From positions 24,475 to 88,474 of the forward strand of contig CBCSTG010000006.1 in assembly GCA_965143025.1 (NCBI GenBank): DNA of 64,000 bases. The letters are read 5' to 3'. Positions 50,861-59,978 of this stretch are shown piece by piece; the first letter of the stretch is position 1; each line of letters begins with the position of its first letter. The DNA comes from an uncultured Bacteroidales bacterium. GTDB lineage: Bacteria > Bacteroidota > Bacteroidia > Bacteroidales > Muribaculaceae. The position numbers and the translations under genes were made by a program. The notes under the pieces were generated by a model that did not search any database, had not been told where the DNA came from, and worked only from the letters and a program-made list of their open reading frames with translations.

Positions 50861-51730
50861 ATGGGAAAAAGAGTAAGACTGACAAATGACAGTCTCAACA
50901 GCTATGGATACCGTGTCCTGACAGACGGAGTCGACATATCGCAATATGAGCGCAACCCTGTGCTACTCTATATGCACAACAGAGGTCTTGTCATTGGTAT
51001 TATTGACAATCTATTAAAAGAGAATGGAGAGATTACAGGCGAGCTTGTGTTCGACGAAGCAACAGATTTATCCAAACAATGTAAAAAACAATGGGAATTC
51101 GGATCATTACGCATGGTCAGTATCGGTTTCGATGACATTGAAACGAGTGAGGCTCCCGAACATATAATCACCGGTCAGCGATATCCTACAGTCACAAAGA
51201 GCCGACTGGTCGAAGTATCCCTTGTTGACATTGGCGCTAATAATGACGCTATCAGACTTTATAAAGACGGACAATTATTAACACTCGGCGAAGGCGGCGT
51301 GTGTCCGCTTCCCCGGCTAAATCATAAATTAAACAATAATCCACAAATGGACATCAAAACACTCGCCCTGCAACTGGGGCTGCCGGAGACGGCTGACGAG
51401 GCGGCGGTAAATGCCAAACTCACGGAACTTAGAACGAAAACAGAAGAATCGGACGGCTTGCGTGAAGAAAATGAGAAACTCAAACTTGCACAAATCACTG
51501 CCGCCGTAGATGCAGCCATCGCATCCAAAAAGGTTGCTCCCGAAAAAAAAGATCATTTCATCAATCTCGGCAAGAAGATAGGCATTGATGATCTCAATGC
51601 GACCATTGAGGCCATGTCACCCGCAGTCAAGCTGAGTGCCATGATTGAGGCTAATCAGTCTGATGGAACCCCGGCAAAGAGTCCATGGGAACTTCGCATG
51701 GATGAGATTCGCAAAAAACTCAAGAAATAA
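50861..51730 (+). CDS. Prohead protease / scaffold fusion (Mu I-like)
   Basis: 289 aa; an N-terminal protease-like domain followed by a C-terminal coiled-coil scaffold; immediately upstream of the capsid gene. Confidence 0.55.
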   Translation: MGKRVRLTNDSLNSYGYRVLTDGVDISQYERNPVLLYMHNRGLVIGIIDNLLKENGEITGELVFDEATDLSKQCKKQWEFGSLRMVSIGFDDIETSEAPEHIITGQRYPTVTKSRLVEVSLVDIGANNDAIRLYKDGQLLTLGEGGVCPLPRLNHKLNNNPQMDIKTLALQLGLPETADEAAVNAKLTELRTKTEESDGLREENEKLKLAQITAAVDAAIASKKVAPEKKDHFINLGKKIGIDDLNATIEAMSPAVKLSAMIEANQSDGTPAKSPWELRMDEIRKKLKK

Positions 51731-51748
51731 CAAATTAATCATATCCAT

Positions 51749-52750
51749 ATGGCAATCAAAGTAGATAATACCAATTACAACGGTGAAGTACTTGAGAGTA
51801 TTCTCACTGTTGCCACCACCGGCAATGAACTTGTCGAAAAAGGCCTCATCCATGTAATCCCCGGCGTGGAGAAAAAAACGAGCATACCGCGCCTGAAAGT
51901 TGGTCGAATGCTGCAGAAACGTAAAGAAAACCCTACAGTAGAAGACAGCGAAGGCGATTTCAATTGGTCAGAGCAAGTTCTCGAGCCTCACGATTTCATG
52001 GCCTTTACTCTCTTCAATCCTCGTGCTTACGAGTATATATGGCGTAAATGGCAGCCGACCGGTAATCTTGTTTTCGCACAGTTACCGCCGGAAGCCCAGA
52101 ATACGCTCTTGGACGCCTTAAGCAAACAGGTGCAGTTTGAGCTCGGAGACCATTATGTTAACGGCGAATACGCCGATGGCACAGATGATACAAAACTCAT
52201 GAATGGCATTCTGACACAGGCGGCCAAGGCAAAAGACTATGTACTTGTAGATGTTTCCAAGGCTACCACTATGCTTGCCAAGCTCAAAGCTGTTCGCGCT
52301 TCGATTCCGAAGGCTATGCGTAAGAATTCCAAGCTGCGAATCATAATGAGTGTTGAGGATTTCGACACATATGATGACGAACTGACAGCCCGTGACAGCA
52401 AAAATGCTTCAGAAACCGATGTAAACAGAATGGGTTACAAAGGGATTGCTATCGAGACCGTGTCAAGTTGGCCGGAAGGTGTCATTGTCGCGACACTCTG
52501 TTCACCCGATACAGACGGCAACTTATTTGCCGCAGTCAATCTGCAGAACGATGAGAACGTTATCCAGATTGACAAATTCGCCCCGGCATCAGAGCTCTAC
52601 TTCTTCAAACTGCTCATGAAGGCCGACACCAATATCGCCTTCGGAGAGGAGTTTGTTGTTGCAGATTTCCGTACGTCTCCCAAATTTAAGGTGGAAACAT
52701 CAAGTGAAACCCAAACAGGGACAGGCGATAAATCTCAGACTGGAAGTTAA
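51749..52750 (+). CDS. Major capsid protein
   Basis: 333-aa ORF following the protease/scaffold. Confidence 0.55.
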   Translation: MAIKVDNTNYNGEVLESILTVATTGNELVEKGLIHVIPGVEKKTSIPRLKVGRMLQKRKENPTVEDSEGDFNWSEQVLEPHDFMAFTLFNPRAYEYIWRKWQPTGNLVFAQLPPEAQNTLLDALSKQVQFELGDHYVNGEYADGTDDTKLMNGILTQAAKAKDYVLVDVSKATTMLAKLKAVRASIPKAMRKNSKLRIIMSVEDFDTYDDELTARDSKNASETDVNRMGYKGIAIETVSSWPEGVIVATLCSPDTDGNLFAAVNLQNDENVIQIDKFAPASELYFFKLLMKADTNIAFGEEFVVADFRTSPKFKVETSSETQTGTGDKSQTGS

Positions 52751-52752
52751 CA

Positions 52753-53217
52753 ATGGCTAAACTCCGTTACCTTGTAATTCACTGCACCGCAACCCCCGAA
52801 GGGCGTGAGGTGACATCCGCCGACATTCGGCGGATGCATCTCAGCCCGGTGTCGGCAGGTGGTCGAGGCTGGAAACAGGTCGGCTACACCGACATCATCC
52901 ATCTTGACGGAACAATTGAGCGCTTGGTTGACAACAATGAAGACGCAAATGTCGATCCATGGGAGATTACAAACGGAGCTAAAGGTTATAATGCCATCAG
53001 CCGCCATGTGGTATATGCAGGAGGTATGACAAGCGATATGTCAAAATCTAAGGACACGCGCACTCCGGCACAACTCAAGGCTCTTGAATCGTATGTCAGA
53101 GATTTTCACAATCGTTTTCCGGATGTAAGAATCATTGGTCATAATGAGGTAGCCAACAAGGCTTGCCCGAGTTTTGACGTACAGAAATGGCTCAAATCGA
53201 TAGGCATAACACAGTAA
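52753..53217 (+). CDS. N-acetylmuramoyl-L-alanine amidase endolysin (T7 lysozyme / PGRP family)
   Basis: IIGHNEVANKACPSFD aligns with the T7 lysozyme AHHEVAPKACPSFD; VIHCTATPEG aligns with VHCSATKPSQ. Confidence 0.8.
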   Translation: MAKLRYLVIHCTATPEGREVTSADIRRMHLSPVSAGGRGWKQVGYTDIIHLDGTIERLVDNNEDANVDPWEITNGAKGYNAISRHVVYAGGMTSDMSKSKDTRTPAQLKALESYVRDFHNRFPDVRIIGHNEVANKACPSFDVQKWLKSIGITQ

Positions 53218-53241
53218 CAATTAAGTAAACCAATCACAGCG

Positions 53242-53763
53242 ATGTCCTTCAGCGAAATACTCAATGTCATTTTAGGGGGCGGTATAATGGCCCTCATAAT
53301 AGCCGTCGCTACCTTGAGGGCGACAGTCCGAAAGGCCAACGCCGATGCCGAGAAAGCAAAAGCCGATGCCGAAAGTGTGCACATCACCAACACTGAAAAC
53401 GCCACTCGTATTTTGGTGGAGAACATCGTCAACCCTTTAAAAGGAGAACTAAATGCGACCAGAGATAAATTATCTGCGGCTGAGAGACTCATGGCCTCAA
53501 TCCAAAAGGAACTGGCCTCTACCAAGAGAGCTTTGTCCCGTCTGTCTCGTGCTGTTGAATCCGCTAATAATTGTCCTCATGCTGACGATTGTGTTGTTCT
53601 GTACAAGTTGCGCAACAACTCAAAAGAGTCAGACTCATCAGACGGATTCATCAAAGGCAGTCACGTTTCACGACACAACGAACGTAATAAAACGACAGAT
53701 GTCAAAGGAGATGATTCCGACGAGTCGGGTCGAGATGGCAATATCAAAGGACAGCCTCCTTAG
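53242..53763 (+). CDS. i-spanin/holin-like protein with N-terminal TM helix and coiled coil
   Basis: A TM helix at about residues 10-26, then a coiled coil. The C-terminal 60 aa are low-complexity and overlap the next gene, so the true 3' end is uncertain. Confidence 0.4.
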   Translation: MSFSEILNVILGGGIMALIIAVATLRATVRKANADAEKAKADAESVHITNTENATRILVENIVNPLKGELNATRDKLSAAERLMASIQKELASTKRALSRLSRAVESANNCPHADDCVVLYKLRNNSKESDSSDGFIKGSHVSRHNERNKTTDVKGDDSDESGRDGNIKGQPP

Positions 53764-54073
53764 ACTTCCGACCGGCGCTGTCTTTCATAACAAAAGCGGA
53801 CAGGCTCATGCCGAAGTCGCAGTCAGAGGAGATACTGTATTCGTCACTGCCACGTGTGACAGTCTCGCCAGACAGGTAGAATACTACGAAGAGCTTTATC
53901 ATAACGCACGTGATGCTCTGGAACAGTCAGAACAATTGCTCCGGCAACAGTATAAAAACAAGACATCGGCGTCCCCTACGTGGCTATTTACCGCCATTCT
54001 AATGTTCGGTTGTATTGTCGGTGTCGCATCAACAATTTTTGTAACAAAAGACAAACTCTTTAAAAATGAATAA
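53579..54073 (+). CDS. Spanin-like lipoprotein with C-terminal TM helix (o-spanin or unimolecular-spanin-like), starting inside the previous gene in the +1 frame
   Basis: MLTIVLFCTSCATTQKS is a lipoprotein-signal-like N-terminus; the C-terminal TM is WLFTAILMFGCIVGVASTIFV. Confidence 0.4.
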   Translation: MLTIVLFCTSCATTQKSQTHQTDSSKAVTFHDTTNVIKRQMSKEMIPTSRVEMAISKDSLLRLPTGAVFHNKSGQAHAEVAVRGDTVFVTATCDSLARQVEYYEELYHNARDALEQSEQLLRQQYKNKTSASPTWLFTAILMFGCIVGVASTIFVTKDKLFKNE

Positions 54074-54623
54074 AGATTTTATGTACGGCATTGGAGCCGT
54101 AATATATAAAGGTAAAAAGGTAGGCTATATCGCCAAAAACTCTTTTGACCTCGGGGGTACCAAACCGGAGGCTGCCGACATTGAAGCCGAACAGGTACCC
54201 GGCGCACCTGTGCTTGTTATACCTCAGGCAAATGGCAAGATCGGTCCCCGTTTTGACATGATTCAACTGTATTTTGAAAGCCTTCAGCAGCTGCTTGGCG
54301 GAGCGCTTCACAAAAAAGAAAACAAGGTTATCGGCTGGACCGCTCCGAAGTCGGCTATGGTCTTGGAAGGCCCATGGGAACTGCAACTCGTGTCCGGACA
54401 ATCAGTACTCATACCCAACGCAACTTTGCTGTCTGATCTTGCCGGCAAACTGACGCTTACAGAGACCGCCAAGATTGAGGTTGAACTGAAAGTATCAATG
54501 CCGGCAACAGCTGACATCCCGCCGTATGGTATCTTTGCGACCGACAGCCTTCCTGCTGAATGGTCTGAGGATGGCGGTTGGCTCCTGCCGACAGAACAGT
54601 CTGAATCAGGGAGCGCCGGCTAA
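54066..54623 (+). CDS. Putative major tail protein
   Basis: 185 aa, just upstream of the chaperone/tape-measure genes; overlaps the preceding gene by 8 bp. Confidence 0.4.
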   Translation: MNKDFMYGIGAVIYKGKKVGYIAKNSFDLGGTKPEAADIEAEQVPGAPVLVIPQANGKIGPRFDMIQLYFESLQQLLGGALHKKENKVIGWTAPKSAMVLEGPWELQLVSGQSVLIPNATLLSDLAGKLTLTETAKIEVELKVSMPATADIPPYGIFATDSLPAEWSEDGGWLLPTEQSESGSAG

Positions 54624-54626
54624 GCA

Positions 54627-55115
54627 ATGGATGTCACGATTGCAAGGGCAATTCAGCGCGAGGCTGCCGACGCGCTATTGAATGTTGGCATATCGATCCC
54701 TCTAAAGGAATTCAAACTGCCATTCAGACGACGCCCTATAAAGCTGCGAGTGACACTTAAGCGACCTTATATGTCCGGGCAGATACGTTTTGCCCGGACA
54801 TATTTGTCAATGGACGTCACTGCTGCAGATATGGCAAACTTTACAAAAGAACAGCAAATGCGTTTTATAGCTTTGCATGGGTCCAAAGTATGCCGGATGC
54901 TCGCATGTGCCATATGTATCGGCCCATTAAAGAGCCTCTTTGTGCATCCTGTCGCATGGTTTATCAAACACTATGTCGAACAGCGATATATTTTCGCTGC
55001 AATACAGAAGTTTGTCAGTCTTATGGGAACTGACCCTTTTATACCTATTATCAGATTGGCGGAACGGACGAATCCGATGAAACCGAGACTGAGCCGACAG
55101 AGGAAGGGGAGTTAA
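54627..55115 (+). CDS. Tail assembly chaperone (G-like); a -1 frameshift at CCCTTTT (55034-55040) would extend translation to 55363 (GT-like product)
   Basis: Slippery heptamer C_CCT_TTT in the 0 frame; the -1 frame is open from 55035 to the TGA at 55361-55363, 4 nt before the tape measure start. Confidence 0.5.
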   Translation: MDVTIARAIQREAADALLNVGISIPLKEFKLPFRRRPIKLRVTLKRPYMSGQIRFARTYLSMDVTAADMANFTKEQQMRFIALHGSKVCRMLACAICIGPLKSLFVHPVAWFIKHYVEQRYIFAAIQKFVSLMGTDPFIPIIRLAERTNPMKPRLSRQRKGS

Positions 55116-55366
55116 AGAGCCGATATAAAGGCTCCCATAGCCCCTTCGGATTTATATGGCAAGTAGCTGATGCCACAGGCTGGAGCGTTGAATACATTCT
55201 TAACAAAGTGAACTATCAGACACTTATAATGATGCTCAGTGATGCTCCGCGGTATGTAAGTGATAAAAAACATAAACCATCATCAAGAATCGCAGACGGA
55301 GATACTCCGGAGGCCGAAGCGGCCGAAGTAGCAAATTTCTTTAGAGCTAATCTAAAACAATGAATC

Positions 55367-58300
55367 ATGAAGCCGGTAGAGCTTGAGATATTTTTACAGG
55401 ACGGCCTGACACCGGGACTGCGCAGTGCCGCCAAAACCGTACAGAATTTCTCCAATGACACAAAACGCCAATTAAAGGATGTCACCGGAGCGATAACCGT
55501 GCAACGCGGTCATGTACGTAACCTCGAGAAACAATACCGGGACCTTGAAAAAACACTTAAGAAAGCTACTTCGGGGGCGCCAAAGTTTCAGGCGAGTGCT
55601 CAGCTTGAATCCTTGAAAAAAGAACTTGATGCCGAGAAAGCCGGTCTTGACGAACTGACTAAACAGCAACGTGAGCTTAAAGCTGCCGTGGAAAATACAG
55701 ATGTCTCTCTGCGGCAGCAGCTTCGGAATGTACGTGAGGAGATTGCCACACTACTCCTCGCTTATCGTTCTCTTACGGACCAAGAAAAACAGACGGCACA
55801 GGGTAAAGAACTCGCACGCCATATCGACGAATTGACCGAACGAGCCGGCAATCTTAATGATGCCATTAGTGACACAGCTCAAGGTATACGTAATGCCGCT
55901 TCCGACTCTCGCGGATTCGACCAATTGGCCGGCGGTATACAACTTGTTGTCGATGGTTTCGGACTTGCTACAGCCGGAGCTCAAGTCTTGGGATTAAGCG
56001 AGTCAGAACTGATTGAAGTCCAAACACAGTTGCAGACCGCACTTGTTGCAAGTAACGCGCTCACCTCTATGCAGGTCAATCTGCAGAAACAGTCTGCGCT
56101 TATGCAAGGCGTTAATGTCATTCAGACTAAAGCTGCGGCAACTGCAGAAAACATTCGTACATGGGCTGTCGGCCGTGGAGTCATTGCTACAACTGCGGCC
56201 ACTATAGCTCAGTCAGCCTTTAATGCAGTGGCAAAAGCCAATCCATATGTTCTGCTTGCAGGTGCGGTAATATCTGTTGTCGGTGCACTTTATGCATTTG
56301 CCAAGGGCTCCGAGGCGGCAAAAAAAGCCGAGGAAAAGCGTCAGGCACAGATTGAACGTAGTCGAGAGATTAACGAAGGGATAGCCCAGTCTATTGGGGA
56401 AAGTGCCGGGGCGCAGATAGTCGCTTACAATAAACTGCAGCGCGCGTGGAAAGCCCTCGGGGATGACATGTCAAAACGGCGTAAATTTGTTGACGAGAAC
56501 AAGAAGGCCTTTCAGGAACTTGGATTGTCTGTAAACAATGTCAAGGATGCCGAAGCTGTGCTTGTCAACAACACCTCGAATGTGGTGCAGTCGTTCATTC
56601 TGCGTGCGAAGGCGGCAGCACTTGACAAGGCTGTCACCGGAGCATACACAACTATGATTGAGAAGCAGGAACTTGCCCGGCGTAATGCCAAGTACGGTGT
56701 CAAATCCAAAGGCGACGAGGTTAGTTACATGGATGCAAAGGCACGTGGTATGAAAGGAGTACGGGAGGTGGCACACGATCACTATGCCGTGACCTCTGCC
56801 GGTGTTGGAAGGACGTGGAAAACTTATACCTATGAAGTCAGTGATGAGCAGACATATAACTCAGAAAGCAACAGGCTTGCCATTCAGGAACGTGACCGTC
56901 AGATAAAGGCGGCCGCTGATGAAGCTGAAAAACGCGTGGGTGATCTGCAGAAGGAGATCGGGGCGACCGAGGATGCCCTTGCCGCACTCAGAATTCCACA
57001 GATGGTTAAGACTACTCCCGGCAAAGACGAGCGGTTGGAGGCAGCCCGCAAGGCTGCGGAGGAGTTGCGTATACTCCGTTGGAAAAACCAACAGGATGAA
57101 ATAAATCAGATGGCCGAGGGTGCAGAACGCAGGCGTAAGCAGATTGCTCTCGATTATGAAAAAGAAATTGCTGAAGTCGAAAAGCAAAAAAAATCATTCG
57201 TTGCTCTTAATAAGAACACCGGGGCTAAAAATTTAAATGTAACCGGACTAACAGAGGGTCAGCATGCCGAACTCGACCGTGCATCTGAACTGGCTGTCAA
57301 AAATAGGGATAAGACTCTTCAGGAGATATATCTCCTCGAGGCGCAGCATATGGCCGATTATTTAAAAAATTACGGTACATTTCAGCAGCGTCGTCTTGCC
57401 ATATCTGAAGAATATGACCGAAAAATTGCAGAAGCCTCTGATGAATGGTCTCGAAAAGCTTTAGAAAAAGAAAAGAGTTCGGCCCTCCGTAATCTTGAAA
57501 TTGAAGCTGTCAAACAGTCTGTCGATTGGGGAAGTGTCTTCGGTAATTTCGGCACAATGTTCCGTGATGAGCTTGAACCAACGATAGAAAAACTTAAAGC
57601 TATTTCGAAAACCGAGGAGTTCCGAAACTCGGATCTTCAAGACCAGAAGACTCTTTATGAACTCATCTCTAAATTAGAAGAGGCCAACACCTCATGGGAC
57701 AATGACATTATTAATAAACTTGGCTCAGATCTGACTGCCTACCAGTCGGCCATGCGCAACTATATGGCTGCACAGGAAGATGAACGTATGGCTACCGAAA
57801 ATTTAGCAGAAGCAAAGCGAAAACTGGCTGAGGCTGAAAAGAGCGGTGACAAAAATGCAATCAAAGAGGCTAAAGATGGGGTTCAATTGGCAGTAGACAA
57901 TCTTGAGTCAGCCTCCGAAAATGTACGTTCTTTCGGCACTGATGTTCAGGATGCGTCAAACAGTCTTCAGACATCCGTCTCCCGAGCAAACAATATGTTC
58001 AATACCCTTGTCTCAAGTTTGTCAGGCTTAAAGTCCGGCAGTCTGCAGGGTATTGGCGAAAGTTTGATGAGTCTTGACAAATTATTCAACAACAGCGCGA
58101 TTACAAACGCTGTCGGTGGTGCTTTATCAAAAGGGCTGTCAAAATTACTGGGTAATTCCGAAATAGGTAAAAGCGTAGCCGAAGCACTTGGCAGCAGTGG
58201 ACTTATAGGCTCCCTTATATCTGCCGTTTTGTCTTTGCTTGACATTTTAAAGGATGGTATCGGAGTACTTGTCTCAAGCCTTATTGATACTGTCCTCGGC

Positions 58301-59485
58301 GCCATTGCCGGCATTTTAAAAAATTTGCTGAACGGCAAAATGTTTATACAAATAGGTAAGTCTATCGTAGATGGAATTGCCGGAATATTCGATGCTCTGA
58401 CATTCGGAGGCTTTACTTCTTGGTTTGATACAAGTAACGCTAAAGAAGTTCAGGCAACTATCGACAGACTTACCGAACGGAATGAAACGTTACAGACGGC
58501 TATCGAAGACCTCACCGACGAAATCAGTGCAAGCCGAGGGTCCAAGAGTGTTGAGGCATACCGGGACGCCTACAGGTATCAAGAAGAGGCAATCGCCAAT
58601 TTACTCGGTATCGCACAGGCTCAGGCCGGATACTCGGGACATCACCATAGTTGGAACTATTACTGGCGTGGATTCTCGGAGGAACAGATAAGCCGCCTCA
58701 GCGGACAAATCGGCCGCTCATGGGATGGCAATATCTGGAATCTGTCTCCGGAAGAGATGAAGTTGCTGCGTGCCAATGTCGACATGTGGGAGCAGATTCG
58801 AAATACCGGTAAAGGCGGCTATGGAGGCCGATTGACAGATAAATTAGATGACTACATAGACCAAGCAGGCAAACTCGAGGAACTGACTACACAGCTGTAT
58901 GAAGGCCTGACCGGCATTTCGTTCGACTCCATGTATGACAGTTTCATTGATAAACTGATGGACATGGATGCGAGCACAGAGGACTTTATAGACCATATCA
59001 ACGAATACTTCATGCGAGCCATGTTATCCAATAAAATAGGAGAACTATATGCTGATAAACTCGAGGAATGGTGGAAGAAGTTCGGCGCTGCGATGGAGGA
59101 TAATGACCTCACTGAAAATGAGCGTAACGCATTGGCTGAGGAGTATATGAAGTATGTCGAGGAGGCTATGAAACTTCGGGATAACCTTGCAGCTGCCACA
59201 GGCTATGGAAGTGACAGCAGTTCCGGCTCTGGACAATCGGGGAAAGCCGGTAGTTTCAATGCCATGAGTCAAGAACAAGGAACTAAACTTGAGGGACTGT
59301 TCACCTCCGCCCAAGGACATATAGCAAACATTGATTCTATAGTCGAGGACGTAGCCGAAAAAATGAATAGAGCTGAAGGGTACCTTGCCCGTATCGCTGA
59401 AAATACCAAAGCAAATGCATCTTCCGCTGCTGAAATAAAAGATTTATTATTGAAACTCATTCGCGACGGTATAAAGACAAAATGA
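55367..59485 (+). CDS. Tail tape measure protein
   Basis: 1372 aa, extensive coiled coil, Gly-rich segments. Confidence 0.75.
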   Translation: MKPVELEIFLQDGLTPGLRSAAKTVQNFSNDTKRQLKDVTGAITVQRGHVRNLEKQYRDLEKTLKKATSGAPKFQASAQLESLKKELDAEKAGLDELTKQQRELKAAVENTDVSLRQQLRNVREEIATLLLAYRSLTDQEKQTAQGKELARHIDELTERAGNLNDAISDTAQGIRNAASDSRGFDQLAGGIQLVVDGFGLATAGAQVLGLSESELIEVQTQLQTALVASNALTSMQVNLQKQSALMQGVNVIQTKAAATAENIRTWAVGRGVIATTAATIAQSAFNAVAKANPYVLLAGAVISVVGALYAFAKGSEAAKKAEEKRQAQIERSREINEGIAQSIGESAGAQIVAYNKLQRAWKALGDDMSKRRKFVDENKKAFQELGLSVNNVKDAEAVLVNNTSNVVQSFILRAKAAALDKAVTGAYTTMIEKQELARRNAKYGVKSKGDEVSYMDAKARGMKGVREVAHDHYAVTSAGVGRTWKTYTYEVSDEQTYNSESNRLAIQERDRQIKAAADEAEKRVGDLQKEIGATEDALAALRIPQMVKTTPGKDERLEAARKAAEELRILRWKNQQDEINQMAEGAERRRKQIALDYEKEIAEVEKQKKSFVALNKNTGAKNLNVTGLTEGQHAELDRASELAVKNRDKTLQEIYLLEAQHMADYLKNYGTFQQRRLAISEEYDRKIAEASDEWSRKALEKEKSSALRNLEIEAVKQSVDWGSVFGNFGTMFRDELEPTIEKLKAISKTEEFRNSDLQDQKTLYELISKLEEANTSWDNDIINKLGSDLTAYQSAMRNYMAAQEDERMATENLAEAKRKLAEAEKSGDKNAIKEAKDGVQLAVDNLESASENVRSFGTDVQDASNSLQTSVSRANNMFNTLVSSLSGLKSGSLQGIGESLMSLDKLFNNSAITNAVGGALSKGLSKLLGNSEIGKSVAEALGSSGLIGSLISAVLSLLDILKDGIGVLVSSLIDTVLGAIAGILKNLLNGKMFIQIGKSIVDGIAGIFDALTFGGFTSWFDTSNAKEVQATIDRLTERNETLQTAIEDLTDEISASRGSKSVEAYRDAYRYQEEAIANLLGIAQAQAGYSGHHHSWNYYWRGFSEEQISRLSGQIGRSWDGNIWNLSPEEMKLLRANVDMWEQIRNTGKGGYGGRLTDKLDDYIDQAGKLEELTTQLYEGLTGISFDSMYDSFIDKLMDMDASTEDFIDHINEYFMRAMLSNKIGELYADKLEEWWKKFGAAMEDNDLTENERNALAEEYMKYVEEAMKLRDNLAAATGYGSDSSSGSGQSGKAGSFNAMSQEQGTKLEGLFTSAQGHIANIDSIVEDVAEKMNRAEGYLARIAENTKANASSAAEIKDLLLKLIRDGIKTK

Positions 59486-59955
59486 TAATGGATAATGCTG
59501 CACTCACCGGACTTGTCATTATAAACGGCAAGGATATATGGACTGAATTCGGGGCCTTCCTGACCGAAGAAAAGAAAGGTGGCCGGGAAAATCTTACGGC
59601 TATAATGTCTCCGTCTAAAGTCAAAAGCCATGTGGCTGTAAATATTCGCGAACAGAACGGCTCTAAATATTCATCTAAACTTGATGTTAAAAATGAAGAG
59701 CGTGATGTGACGTTGCATTTCGCCTTGTTTGCCAAAACAAAAGACGAATGGCTCAGTCAGTACATGAATTTCATTTCTTTTCTAAAAGCAGGGCAAGATG
59801 GATGGCTAACTGTTCAGTTGACGGAACTGGATTTGACCATGCGGATGTTCTACGTTGAAAGTCCTGCTTATAAACCGCTTACCTATTTATGGAAAGAGGG
59901 GGTGCAGGCAAGTCGTTTTAAGGTTAAATTCCGAGAGCCCGTACCGACATTTTAA
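59482..59955 (+). CDS. Putative distal tail protein (Dit-like)
   Basis: 157 aa, immediately after the tape measure with a 4-bp overlap. Confidence 0.4.
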   Translation: MIMDNAALTGLVIINGKDIWTEFGAFLTEEKKGGRENLTAIMSPSKVKSHVAVNIREQNGSKYSSKLDVKNEERDVTLHFALFAKTKDEWLSQYMNFISFLKAGQDGWLTVQLTELDLTMRMFYVESPAYKPLTYLWKEGVQASRFKVKFREPVPTF

Positions 59956-59978
59956 TAGGATTCAAACGACATTTAAAT

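Noticed and set aside
55751-57197. Multiple short - strand ORFs inside the tape measure gene
   Set aside because: Antisense to a 1372-aa coiled-coil gene; a composition artefact.
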